From Tubulanus polymorphus (lineage: Eukaryota; Animalia; Nemertea): a stretch of 64,000 bases of DNA. Positions within the stretch are counted from its first letter, which is position 1. Each line of letters opens with the position of its first letter. The translations under genes were made by a program, and so were the position numbers. Below are positions 25,301 to 37,890 of the stretch, one piece after another. The notes under the pieces are model-generated. The model did no database searches. It saw nothing but the letters and a program-made list of their open reading frames with translations, and had not been told where the DNA came from. The stretch is taken from positions 4,216,001-4,280,000 of the forward strand of contig NC_134029.1 in the NCBI RefSeq assembly GCF_964204645.1, given 5' to 3'.

Positions 25301-26004
25301 CTGGCCACGCTTATGAGGCAGCTTCCCTTCTACAAAGAAGATTAAAAAGGTGCGTGGAGCGTTTATCGTCTCATAAGCCCGGGGAGCCAAATCCACCAAC
25401 ACCGTTGGCTCCCCCGCGGGTGGTGGACCCTGCTTCTGCGGTGCAGGTGGTTGCGGTCACCGTATCTTCAGATACGGAGGTCGTGCCACCTGTTATCGTG
25501 AAGCAGGAGGTCGCCCCTGCCGTGGTTGCCCCGACAGAGGCGCCACAGGTCCAGACTCCTGCACCGCGCAGGTCGCCCCGTAAGAATAAAAAAGATGTGA
25601 ATTATACAGAAGGTTCGGGGCGGCCTAATAAAAAAAGAACACCAAAACGTGCGGCTCCTCCACCACAACCAAATTTTGAGGAGTCCAGTGATGAGGAGTC
25701 CTCAGCGGCTCCTGGAGCTCCACAACCAGGGCCCCCACCACCACCACAACCACCTGTGTGCGTGCAACCTAAAAGAAAAAGAAAAAGAAATAATAATGAT
25801 GATAATAATATGCCCGCCCAGGCTGGAACATCGGGCGCTCCAGCGGGGGTACCACCCGCCCCCGCTGTAGAGCTGGTTGCACGCGGCCCTGGTTGGTCTC
25901 GAAACATCCGCATTAAAGATCCTGTGCAATTGCTCCGCGATGTTGAAGGGGCCTTTGATGGAAACTATACGTTTATGAGAAATAAGAGAGCAAAAAGAAA
26001 TTAA
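19355..26004 (+). CDS. Orphan 278-aa Pro-rich, basic, probably nuclear protein (coding exons 19355-19445 and 25259-26004)
   Basis: MSCNFLFDVLKSVQVEVLKNGGALDLFLNL + phase-1 donor A|GTAAGT joins acceptor ttttcttttcatttcag|CT in frame (TESIVIDSVNRKDESGHAYEAASLLQRRLKRCVERLSS...) with ORF 25354-26004; NLS-like PRRSPRKNKK, RPNKKRTPKR, PKRKRKR; AATAAA ~26245. The join across the 5.8-kb intron is inferred. Confidence 0.6.
21100..21295 (+). repeat. Degenerate minisatellite (ccagtaccagtgataccagtgcatc)
   Basis: About 6 imperfect ~30-bp units. Confidence 0.85.
21826..22170 (+). mobile_element. Helentron-associated (HINE/DINE-1-like) non-autonomous element fragment
   Basis: (GTCC/GTCT)n microsatellite followed by two ~147-bp core repeats sharing ttgacgaaacttggtatgtagatacta.gggccaa.ggctaaaaagt. 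Confidence 0.6.
23908..24613. mobile_element. PIF/Harbinger-like MITE (~700 bp) with palindromic subterminal repeats
   Basis: gcgttcacacgac...ttagaccggtctaaat at left versus atttagaccgatctaaatttcgtcgtgtaaatgtgc at right; many tagaccggtcta / ggtccggtc motifs at both ends. Confidence 0.75.
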
Positions 26005-26476
26005 AAAACCATCCCCTTCACTCGCCATCACTCCGGGCAACAACATCAGCCCATGCACGTCTGCAGATCGGCACTCCTTTCATCATTCATTTTTATTATC
26101 GCTCAAGTGAGAACTCGTTCATTTCGTTTCATTTCATTTCTTCGTCGGTCTGCAGTTGGCGCGGTGCCATAAAATATCTGTCAACCCCCTTGCATTAGGA
26201 ACCAGTGGGCGTGCAGTCCTGCATTTCAATTTTATTTTTAAAAAAATAAAAAATAAAAACCAGATGCTACCGGTTTTATAGGGAGTTTTACGGTTCTCCT
26301 GAAAAAATTATAAAAACTAAAAATAAAAAAAGAAACCATCAATTCATTTCATCCCTTTATTTATTTTATTGGGCAAATTAAAATTTGTTCCATCATATCA
26401 TCCATACTTATTTAAAATGATTTTAATTTTTTTTTTGACTGTACGTCCCGCTGTGTTCCTACCAAACCCTCCCACA

Positions 26477-26925
26477 CCATTCCTTCATTCAAATTGACTC
26501 ATGCAGTTCCATTCCTGCATTTGAACTGACTCATGCAGTTCCATTCCTGCATTTGAACTGACTCATGCAGTTCCATTCTTGTATTCGAACTGACTCATGC
26601 AGTTCCATTCTTGTATTCGAACTGACTCATACAGTTCCACTCCTGCATTCAAAATGACTCATGCAGTTCCACTCCTGCATCCTCAAACTGACTCATGCAG
26701 TTCCATTCCTGCATTCGAACTGACTCATGCAGTTCCACTCCTGCATTGAAATTGACTCATGCAGTTCCACTCCTGCATCCTCAAACTGACTCATGCAGTT
26801 CCATTCCTGCATTAAAACTGACTCAATGCAGTTCCATTCCTGCATTCGAACTGACTCATGCAGTTCCATTCCTGCATTCGAAATGACTCCTGCAGTTCCA
26901 TTCCTGCATTCGAACTGACTGCAGC
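26477..26925 (+). repeat. 32-bp tandem repeat, ~14 copies, most with an AP-1 consensus site
   Basis: Unit gcagttccattcctgcattcgaactgactcat; TGACTCA in 12 consecutive copies. Confidence 0.95.
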
Positions 26926-28599
26926 AGCATTCAGCCTCAGTATCCATCTTTACCATCTGTATCCATCCTTGCCATTTTTCAGTGGCAGTACTCGTGGTAA
27001 TTAATCACCTATTCAATTGCTGTAATCATTATGGCCTTTTGAAAAGTCCTCTAGGACACGCTGGAAAGTGCCATCTCTGCCATAATTTTTCTGTGGAGTT
27101 TGAAAAAATTTTTAAAAGAACGTCTCTAAAAGTGTCTCTTCCAATAATGGATTTTTCAAATATAAGAATTGCTTTGATTCACATAATGTGATTCTTTTCA
27201 AAACACGGAGAAGGAACAGCTATGTTTTTCACATAATGCGATTTCTTATAGAATTACATTGAAATACAATGCGTTCAATGTTACCCCACCCCTGATACTA
27301 TGACGTTCATATGTCAAGTTTAAAATCTTTGTTCATTGTTATTAAAATACTTGTTTTTCTAGTTACAGATTTATTTGATTTATCGCAAAAACTTGAAATG
27401 TTAATATCTATTGCCAAACAGCGGAAGGAAATCCTTTAAATGTGAACGGATGGATTTCAAATATCCACTCGTTTAGGAATAGGAATATGTATTCATACCA
27501 ATAATTACACGACATTGGATAAAATATTGCACAAGAATGGAAATCACAGCAAAAACAACGGTAATCAATTTCATTACACTTATTGGATCAACTACGTTCA
27601 TCTTTATAGAACGGTTCTGAGAGTAACTTTCTGTTAGCTCTGGGTGGTAGCGTTGTAACCACTGGATATACACAGCTGATATTTTGTCATTGGGAGAGAA
27701 ATAGGCGTTGGAATTAATATGGAAGGTTTTGTCCATCAGCTCTTAGTGGATTGGAAGTACTGAGAGAAATGAGCAAATGAATTTTCCCCATTTCTACTTA
27801 TCGATGCTTGACCTCGTACCTCGATAATGACGTCACTGGGATAGTCCTTCAGCATCCAAGTTGGCCTTGTAAAAATTGTATGAATTGTGTTGCCATGTGC
27901 CAGTGAGTCATGGCTACGAGCAATTATCTCAACTAAATTGATCTCAACTAAATTGCTCGTAAGTCATGGGAATAACCTAATACCATGCAAATCATCATAG
28001 TTGAACACGCTTACTACACAGTGGTTTTGTGTGCACTAAGATTTCATCTTCATACCTTATTGCAAATCCGATAAATCCATTTAAATGCTCAACGGTAAAC
28101 TTTACTCAATTGATCCCGCTGCACCCATGGTCCTATTTAGGGTGTGAAATGGAATGATTCACTTGATCGATGATCAATACATGAATTTCATAATTGATAA
28201 TTGCGATAAAATAGAACCTTATAGAATTCTGTAAAGATTCAGTTAAAACGCGAAATAAAAAAGAATGATCTCTGATAAGAGAATTTGTTGTTGTCAAGTT
28301 GGTGAAGTTGTATTGGCTAATAATGAGCCTAATTATCATCAGGCTCAGAATTTGACTTGTTTATTGAGCAGAGGAGAGAGAAAAAGTATTTCGCTAATTA
28401 AGCTAATGAATAAAAGATAAGATTGAGATACTTTTAGATAATGTGATTGAAAATTGAGATTAATCATCGATATTTTGAAATGAAATTGCTCGGATTTGAC
28501 CTAGGATCAGCAAGTATTGAAACATCATTAACGATGAATTGAAATGATTAATTCTAATCAAAATTAGATATTATTCAAATTTTGGATGTTCAAAATTGC

Positions 28600-29529
28600 C
28601 AAGTGTATAGAGGATATATACTTGGGAAATTGGAGAATTGATCCCTTGTATAGAGGACAGAGAGGAAACCTCTTTAAAGAGGACAGTCAGATAAAAGGGA
28701 ATTTAATTCCTGTATAGAGGACAGTCAGAGAGGAAACCCCTGTAAAGAGGACAGTCAGATAAAAGGGAATTTAATTCCTGTAAAGAGAGGTCAGTCAGAG
28801 AGTGCAGGTTAAATTCCTGTATAGAGGGCAGTCAAGAGTAGGTTAAACCCTTGTATAGAGGACAGTCATATAGGGAACCCCTGTATAGAGGGCTGTCATA
28901 TACATGGGAAGTTGATTCTTGTACAGAGGACAGTCAGAGGACGGGTTGAATTCCTGTATAGAGGACAGTCATAGAGAGTAGTTTGAACCCCTGTATAGAG
29001 GACAGTCATAGAGAGTAGGTTGAACCCCTGTATAGAGGACGGGAGAGAGAGTAGGTTGACCCCTGTATAGAGGACAGTCATAGAGAGTAGGTTGAACCCC
29101 TGTATAGAGGACAGTCATAGAGAGTAGGTTGAACCCCTGTATAGAGGACAGTCATAGGGAGTAGGTTGACCCCTGTATAGAGGACAGTCATAGAGAGTAG
29201 GTTGAACCCCTGTATAGAGGACGGGAGAGAGAGTAGGTTGACCCCTGTATAGAGGACAGTCATAGGGAGTAGGTTGACCCCTGTATAGAGGACAGTCATA
29301 GAGAGTAGGTTGAACCCCTGTATAGAGGACGGGAGAGAGAGTAGGTTGAACCCCTGTATAGAGGACAGTCATAGGGAGTAGGTTGACCCCTGTATAGAGG
29401 ACAGTCATAGAGAGTAGGTTGAACCCCTGTATAGAGGACGGGAGAGAGAGTAGGTTGACCCCTGTATAGAGGACAGTCATAGAGAGTAGGTTGAACACCT
29501 GTATAGAGGACGGGAGAGAGAGTAGGTTG
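28600..29529 (+). repeat. 36-37-bp tandem repeat, degenerate at left, homogeneous at right, ending in (CAT)8
   Basis: Unit gagagtaggttgaacccctgtatagaggacagtcata with variant ...ggacgggaga. Confidence 0.95.
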
Positions 29530-30229
29530 CATCATCATCATCATCATCATCATCAATAGCCAACAAACATTTCAGCGATATTCCAGTTATTGAACAGTTA
29601 GTGTTATGATTATTGCCGTTACAGTGTTTCATTTATTTCCTAAAGATTCAACCAAATTCTATGTTTCAAGGCATTCATTGCTTAAGATTCCAATTTACTC
29701 CAACTTTTGAGTTTTTGAACTAATTTTCTCTAATCTGTATTGTATTTTAAATTGTTTTATTTGTACTTATTTTAAACTTCTTTATTTGTTTATAATTTAG
29801 AACCATTTTATATTTTTAAGAACTGAATAATATTCATTTTTTTTAAACACGTCGACAGATCAATTTGATGAATTATTTATCTTGACTATATTTCTCTATG
29901 TATTTGACTATATCATATATTGGAACCCAAGATATTTGAAACGGATAACTGAAGGTCCAGGTTTTATCACTGAATACTCTTTGACACAATTACGTGGTCC
30001 ACAACGCAGATATAAATAGTGGTTATGTAAAAGGCCCATATATTATAATGTATGCATGAAGAGCTTGTACTCATAGTTCATATGAAATGTGATTGAGAAC
30101 TTTTTCTCGTACTTTATTTTATCTTCTTTTCTTGATTTTCCTAGTTTTTTAAAGATATTTTCAGTTTGTCAGTGAGTTTATTGTCTTCACTTTTTGATTT
30201 CAGTTTATTTGTTTATTGTGTTTAGATAT

Positions 30230-30470
30230 AGTTATTCAAGTCTATTCATGGCTATTTATTTAAGTATATTTCTAGTTATCTAAGTATATTCAGATCTAGT
30301 TATTTAAGTCTAGGCCAAGTTACTTAAGTCTATCAATGTCTAGTTATTTAAGTATATTTAGGTCTAGTTATTTAAGTCTATATAGGCCAGGTTATTTAAG
30401 TCTATTTAGGCCAAGTTATTTAATTGTATTTAAGTCTTGTTATTTAAGTTTGTTTAGGTCAAGTTATATG
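30230..30470 (+). repeat. Degenerate ~24-bp tandem repeat
   Basis: Recurring agttatttaagt(c/a)tatttagg. Confidence 0.8.
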
Positions 30471-30559
30471 ATTATTTTTAAAGGAATGAAGTCATTTGTT
30501 TCTATATTCGGGATAAACAAGTTTTCATCATTGATAAAATTACTCTTGGGATCATCAAT

Positions 30560-32300
30560 AAAGTACATTAATGTTAACTCATCAGATATTTTTAATCATG
30601 ATAGAATATTGTTAGGTTATTTTCTATTGTTTTATGAACTGAGGGTAAATTTGTCATTGATAGAATTACTCTCGGGATCATCAGTAATATACATTTATAG
30701 GAACGCTTCATCAGATTTCTTTTTCTGAATTTTCAAAAATTAGTTTTATTGAAACAGTTTGTAATAGACCTTTTTCTTTTTTGAACTGAGGGTAAATTTG
30801 TCATTGATAGATTTACTCTCAGGTCATCAGTAAAATACATTTATTATAAAGTGACTAGGATTAACACTAAGATATATTTAAGGTAAAATTGATCAGTTTT
30901 AATCATGATAGAATACTGTTAGATTATTTTTATTGTTTTATGAACTGATGGTAAATTTGTCATTGTTAGAATTACTCTCAGTTCATCAGTAAAATACATT
31001 TATAGGTACGCTACATCGGATTTCTCTTTTTGAATTTTCAAAAAAATAGTTTTATTGAAACGAATAGAATTTTATTATTTGTTTTTGTAAAATGAAGATG
31101 AAATTATGTTTATAATGGAGGTTGATAAGCTTTTTCCGATCATGATAGAATTTTGTTAGGTTTTTTATTGTTTTATGAACTGAGGGTAAATTTGTCATTG
31201 ATAGAATTACTCTCAGGTCATAAGTAAAATTCATAAATTATAAATTTAGAAGGATTATCAGTAAAATATATTTATAGTAAAATTGATCAGTTTTAATCAT
31301 GATAGAATATTGGTAGGCTATTTCTATTATTCTATGAACTGAGGGTAATTTTTTCATTGATAGAATTACTCTCATGTCATTAGTAAAATTCATAAATTAT
31401 AAATTTAGAAGGATTATCAGTAAAATATATTTATAGTAAAATTGATCATTTTTAATCATGATAGAATATTGGTAGGTTATTTTCATTATTCTATGAACTG
31501 AGGGTAAATCTGTCATTGATAGAATTACTCTCAGGTCATCAGTAAAATTCATAAAATATAAATTTAGAAGGATTATCAGTAAAATATATTTATAGTAAAA
31601 TTGATCAGTTTTAATCATGATAGAATATTGGTAGGTTATTTTTATTATTCTATGAACTGAGGGTAATTTTGTCATTGATAGAATTACTCTCAGGTCATCA
31701 GTAAAATTCATAAATTATAAATTTAGAAGGATTATCAGTAAAATATATTTATAGTAAAGTTGATCAGTTTTAATCATGATAGAATATTGGTAGGTTATTT
31801 TCATTATTCTATGAACTGAGGGTAAATTTGTCATTGATAGAATTACTCTCAGGTCATCAGTAAAATTCATAAATTATAAAGTTAGTAGGATTAACACTAA
31901 AATATATTCAAAACAAAATTGATCAGTTTTAATCATGATAGAATACTGTTAGGTTATTTCTATTGTTTTATGAACTGAGAGTAATTTTGTCATTGATAGA
32001 ATTACTCTCAGGATCAGCAGTAAAATACATTAATCATATAGTTAGTTGGATTAACACTAAGATATATTTAAAGTAAAATTGATCAGTTTGAATCATGATA
32101 GAATACTGTTGTGAGGTTATTTTTATTGTTTTATGAACTGAGGGTAAATTTGTCATTGATAGAATTACTCTCAGTTCATCAGTAAAATAATGATAAAGTT
32201 TTATATGTTTTTTTTTATCATGATAGAATACGGTTAGGTTTTTTAATGATTGATGAACTGAGGGTAAATTTTGTCATTAATAGAATTACTCCTGGGTCAT
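30560..32300 (+). repeat. AT-rich 159-bp satellite, ~11 copies
   Basis: gaactgagggtaaatttgtcattgatagaattactctc recurs at 31177, 31336, 31495, 31654, 31813, 31972 (period 159), with looser copies on both sides. Confidence 0.95.
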
Positions 32301-33519
32301 TGAAATATTTTAGTGTGATATGGATTTGATGTTGTCAGTAACATTCGAAGTAATGGAACAGATGATTATCAATCAACTTGTGTCAGGGCATTCTGATTAA
32401 ATAAAAAAAATTAATTGTTAGATCTATTTTTACCTTTGTTTCGTGTTCGATGTCAGAAGTAGTTACAAGTCAGTTGATTATTCAATAGAGCATTTGAGCA
32501 TAATTGATGTCATTTTAATTGTTAAAATGGAACAGTTTTTCATAGAAAAGATTCATTTTAGATATCAGTTTTATATTTTTATGTGTGGCATTCATCTTGG
32601 ATAATTTTTTCTAGGATATTATTTGTATATAAGATCGATTGTAACTGAAGGAAGGAATAGATTTTTGAATCGATTTTTAATTATTTAGGAAAAGAGGGAA
32701 ATGAAAAGTTTTAAAGTTTTAAAGTCTTTAAAGTCTTTTTCTCAAATATTTCTTTTGATCATCTTGAACCTTTTAGCACATATAGACTGTTGCATTCACT
32801 TTTTGTCTATCGTCTTCTGTCTGTAGACAGAATCTGACAAATTTTTGGTAAGATGCTTCAATGGATTGTCATGATATTTGGTTTATACATGTATCTACCC
32901 TAGACACCAAAAGAAGGCCCAAACAGAATCAATATGGCCAACTGGTGGTGATTATTGTTTGCCAAAATCAGTACTTCAGTACTTTGTACACATTTTTGAA
33001 TTTTACAAGGGAAATTTTAGAGATGCTTCACCCAATTTGATTGATGTTTCTTATATATGCATGCCAGTAGTGCCCATGTTTTAACAGGTTTTAACATCTA
33101 GTCTTGATAATTTGCTAATTCGTAGCATTGTCATTGGACACATCTTCATACGTGGAATTGGGGTTAGCCTGATATTGAATTGTATGAAATTGTTCCATTT
33201 ATATTGGTATTCGTTCTATGATTGTGATGAGTTTAAAGGTCATTGGTTTCTGTATGTGTTCACCGGGCGCATTGTCAGATTGTCAAGCATTTCATCCAAA
33301 GAGGCATGGTGTCCCTAGACCACTAGTGTCACCACTTTAAAGGTTCTCAAACACATTTCATATAAACAGCTATATTTATTGAATGAAACTATTTCTAACC
33401 TTGTTTCATTTTCATATTTCCCCCATAATCTTTCATGTTTCACTTATTTCTCTTTAGTCTTTAGTTGCACAATGTATTGTCGTGGCTGTGGCCTGCCCAT
33501 CTGTCCACATTAATAGCGG

Positions 33520-34020
33520 CACTTAAGATGGCTCACTGGCAGCCAGATTTGATAAATAAAACTATTATTTAGTCTAGTACTCAAAATCATTATTACCATG
33601 GAAAAGATGTAGGGTGCTAAGTGAAGCATTAGTTACATGCATGCTCAAGAAGGCTGACTGGCAGCCATATTTAATTCTCAAAACTTTAGGGGTTTAGTTT
33701 GAATAAGTTAGGGCTAGAGTGCCATGGTAATGATTGATATTCATTTTGCCTATGAAGTCTGAATCAAGATGGCTGACTGGCAGCCATGTTTACACATACT
33801 GTTGATTTATTATTTTCAAGGTAAAGGTATAAGGTACCACGATGGTTGAAATCACACTAAAATGGCTAACCTGTGGCCATATTGGTTGTAAAGCTTAACT
33901 GGTGACCGTATCAGATTTCATTATTTTATTTTCTTTATAAAGATGGCTGACTGGCGGCTGAATTGGATTTATCTTCTTTTCATTTTCACAATCAAGATGG
34001 CTGACTGGTAGCCGTATTGA
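33520..34020 (+). repeat. Spaced repeats of aagatggctgactggcagccat (~6 copies)
   Basis: Motif at ~33526, 33647, 33766, 33860, 33940, 33994 separated by divergent spacers. Confidence 0.75.
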
Positions 34021-34660
34021 ATTTCAGCAATCTCCTGTGTCTCATATATGCACTTGTTTTCTGCATACAATTTTTTTCTATCGCTCTTCTCTCCTACCTG
34101 CAGCTTTCTCATTCAATAAATATCAATGTACATATCAACACACAAGAAGCCAAACATTATAGGTGGCATTATCATTGGGAGGTGCACCTGGCCTTATATA
34201 CCGCGCGGTAAAAACCACTCTTTCTGTGATTGTGTAGTACCAGTAATTGATGATCATCGAGTGAGTGATTGGCCTGGCACAGTTATTCAGAACTCACTTG
34301 GGCTTTTATTATTATAGGTAAATAATGATGAAAACTAGAAATTTAGATATTTCATCAAATTGATACATTTTATCTGTACTAACACTACTTGTACATATTG
34401 TAAAATTGTAAATAGTCGTTGGTTTTTATTTGTATATTTTTTATTTCTTTATTGATTATAATTTCTACTTGTAAATATACTTTTTAGGTATCTTTAAAAC
34501 TTGGATTTTAAATATCATCTTAAAACCTTTTAATTTTCTTAACTAAATGATATCTATACGTCGATTTAAGCTATTTTAGCCCAGATTTTTAATACAGTTT
34601 AGTCCACATATATTCTTTAACCAGTGTTTTAAAGTTGTCCTGTGGTACGACGTTAAACTG

Positions 34661-34661
<1 letters not shown>

Positions 34662-34708
<47 letters not shown>

Positions 34709-35549
34709 TCCCTCTCCCTCTCCCTCTCCCTCCCTCTCCTCTCCCTCTCTCCTCTCCCTCTCCTCTCCCTCTCCCTCTCCCTCTCCTCCCTCTCCCTCTC
34801 CTCCCTCTCCCTCTCCCTCTCCCTCTCCCTCTCCCTCTCCCTCTCCTCCCTCCCCTCCCTCTCCCTCTCCTCCCTCTCCCTCTCCTCCCTCTCCTCCCTC
34901 TCCCTCCTCCCTCTCCTCCCTCCTCCCTCTCCCTCTCCTCCCTCCTCCCTCTCCCTCTCCCTCTCCCTCTCCCTCTCCCTCTCCTCCCTCCCCTCTCCCT
35001 CTCCCTCTCCCTCTCCCTCTCCCTCTCCCTCTCCCTCTCCCTCTCCCTCTCCCTCTCCCTCTCCCTCTCCCTCTCCCTCTCCCTCTCCCTCTCCCTCTCC
35101 CTCTCCCTCTCCCTCTCCCCCTCCCTCCTCTCACCCTCCTCTCTCCCTCCTCTCTCCCCTCTCCCCTCTCCTCTCTCACCCTCCCTCTCCTCTCTCACCC
35201 TCCCTCTCCCCTCTCCTCCCTCTCCTCTCTCCTTTCCTCTTTCTCCTCTCCTCTCCTCTCTCCCTCTCCCTCTCCCTCTCCCCCTCCCTCCTCTCACCCT
35301 CCTCTCTCCCCTCTCCCCTCTCCTCTCTCACCCTCCCTCTCCTCTCTCACCCTCCCTCTCCCCTCTCCTCCCTCTCCTCTCTCCTTTCCTCTTTCTCCTC
35401 TCCTCTCCTCTCCTCTCCTCTCCCCTCCTCTCTCCTCTCACCCTCCTCTCTCCCCTCTCCTCCCTCTCCACTCTCCTCCCTCTCCTCTCTCCTTTCCTCT
35501 TTCTCCTCTCTCTCCTCTCCTCTCCTCTCCTCCCCTCCCCTCTCCTCTC
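34662..35549 (+). repeat. ~890-bp polypyrimidine/polypurine tract: (CT)n, (CTCCCT)n, (CTCCT)n
   Basis: Nearly only C/T on + strand; followed by a (GAT)n run. Confidence 0.97.
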
Positions 35550-35729
35550 TGGGGTTTGGTTTGATGATGATGATGATGCTGGTAAAACCAAATTTATACT
35601 GAACAGCAGTTAAGAAGATTTCCATTTGACACTGTATAAGATACCTCTAGTGGATTTGTCTGAAGAGAAGAGACATTGATAAGAATACTCTTTCCTTGAG
35701 CAACTATCAAAGTATTTAAGCCTAAGAGT

Positions 35730-36660
35730 CTTTCTTATAGGATAGGTCTAGTAAGACTGCTCATGGGATAGGTCTAGTGTAAGACTTCTAAAACTGGCTC
35801 ATGGGATAGGTCTAGTGTAAGACTTCTAAAACTGCTTATGGGATATGTCTCAGTGTAAGACTTCTAAGACTGCTTATAAGACTGCTTATAGGATAGGTAC
35901 AAATCTAAGACTGCTTATGCAATAGGTGTAGTGTAAGAGTGCTTATGGGATTGGTCTAGTGTAAGACTGCTTATGGGATAGGTCTAATGTAAACCTGCTT
36001 GCGGGATAGGTCTAAGTGTAAGACTACTAAGACTGCTTGCGGAATAGGTCTAAGTGTAAGACTACTAAGACTACTTGCGGGATAGGTCTAAGTGTAAGTA
36101 AGACTACTAAGACTGCTTGCGGAATAGGTCGAAGTGTAAGACTACTTAGACTACTTGCGGGATAGGTCTAAGTGTAAGTAAGACTACTAAGACTGCTTGC
36201 GGAATAGGTCTAAGTGTAAGACTACTAAGACTACTTGCGGGATAGGTCTAAGTGTAAGTAAGACTACTAAGACTGCTTGCGGAATAGGTCTAAGTGTAAG
36301 ACTACTAAGACTACTTGCGGAATAGGTCTAAGTGTAAGACTATTAAGACTACTTGCGGGATAGGTCTAAGTGTAAGTAAGACTACTAAGACTGCTTCCGG
36401 AATAGGTCTAAGTGTAGACTACTAAGACTGCTTGCGGAATAGATCTAAGTGTAAGACTACTCAGACTACTAGCGGGATAGGTCTAAGTGTAAGTAAGACT
36501 ACTAAGACTGCTTGGGGGATAGGTCTAAGTGTAAGACTACTCAGACTACTTGCGGGATAGGTCTAAGTGTAAGACTACTAAGACTGCTTGCGGGATAGGT
36601 CTAAGTGTTAGACTACTAAGACTGCTAATGGGATAGGTCTAAGTCTAAGACTTCTAAGAC
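35730..36660 (+). repeat. 39/43-bp alternating tandem repeat
   Basis: Unit gggataggtctaagtgtaag(taag)actactaagactgcttgc; two variants alternate in the central part. Confidence 0.93.
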
Positions 36661-37393
36661 TATACATAGTGTTGTAATACATGGTGTTGTACCGGTACGC
36701 TATGTAAATTGCTGTTAAGTTCAGCTATCTTGAAACATTGATACATGTGCACTGAAACATTGATCTGTATACTGATATGGTGGCTCATTCTACCTCCACT
36801 TCCTAGGGGTGATGTCACTGTTCAATAACTATGATACTGGCTTGTTGATGTGACCTTCTTCGCTCTTTGATATTTGAAATAGGTATAATATAATAATAGA
36901 TATGAAATAATGATAGATATAGAATAGTATATTAAATAATAATAGGTATGAAATGATAATAGGTATAGAATAATAATAGGCTTAGTAAAATAATTATAAT
37001 TTGTTTGAAATAATATTTCTCCCTGATTGTTGCTGTATGGTAGTTGCTTCTACATCAACTTATCAACTTCACTGAACGATGCTGATAGCTGCTGTGGAGT
37101 TCAGCCATCTTGAAACATTGATACATGTACTGAAACATAGATACATATACTGAAACAGTGATACACGTACTGATTTGGTGGTACGTTTTATCTCCTCTCC
37201 TCTGCTTTTAGGGATATGATAAATGTCAGTGTTCAATAACTATGATACTGACTAGTTGATATGACCTTCTTCACTCTTTTAATACATATATTAAATGAAT
37301 AATAGGTATGAAATGATAAGGTATACTAAAAGAATTATGAATTTCCTCCTCCTCAATCCTAGGGATGATGTTGAGATTTGCGATCTCAAAATG

Positions 37394-37890
37394 CTGATTG
37401 CTGCCACTTCCAAATACTGTTGATTACTGCTGAAATGAATTTCCAATTCGCAGTATCATTGACGTTAATTGTCAGTGACTCAAAACACTGATTGCTGCCT
37501 CTTCCAAATACTGCTGATTACTGCTGAAATGAATTTCCAATTCGCATTATCATCGACGTTGATTGTCGTCAGTGACTTAAAACATCGATTGCTGCCTCCT
37601 CCAAATACTGCTGATTACTGCTAAAATGAATTTCCAATCCACATTATCATCGACGTTAATTGTCAGTGACTCAAAACACTGATTGCTGCCACTTCCAAAT
37701 ACTGCTGATTACTGCTGAAATGAATTTCCAATTTGCATCATCATCGACGTTACTTGCCAGTGACCTAAAACATTGATTGCTGCCTCTCCCAAATATTGCT
37801 GATTACTGCTGAAATTAATTTCCAATTCGCATTGTCATTGACGTTAATCGTCAGTGACTTAAAACTCTGATTGCTGCCTCTTCCAAATAA
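37394..37890 (+). repeat. 94-bp tandem repeat, ~5.3 copies
   Basis: gattgctgcc.cttccaaatactgctgattactgctgaaatgaatttccaatt recurs about every 94 bp. Confidence 0.93.

Noticed and set aside
27473-27736. 87-aa minus-strand ORF with a hydrophobic segment, near CRE and AP-1 motifs
   Set aside because: The apparent upstream exon does not join in frame and there is no recognisable homology; insufficient support.
28896-29556. Repetitive ORFs in the 37-bp array (likewise ORFs at 26693-26956, 31397-31711, 38806-43750)
   Set aside because: Translations of satellite monomers; most periods are not multiples of three and frames shift between copies.
34589-35625. Long RG/RE/SP/LP-rich ORFs on both strands
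   Set aside because: Artefacts of the stop-free polypyrimidine tract; no splice or promoter support.
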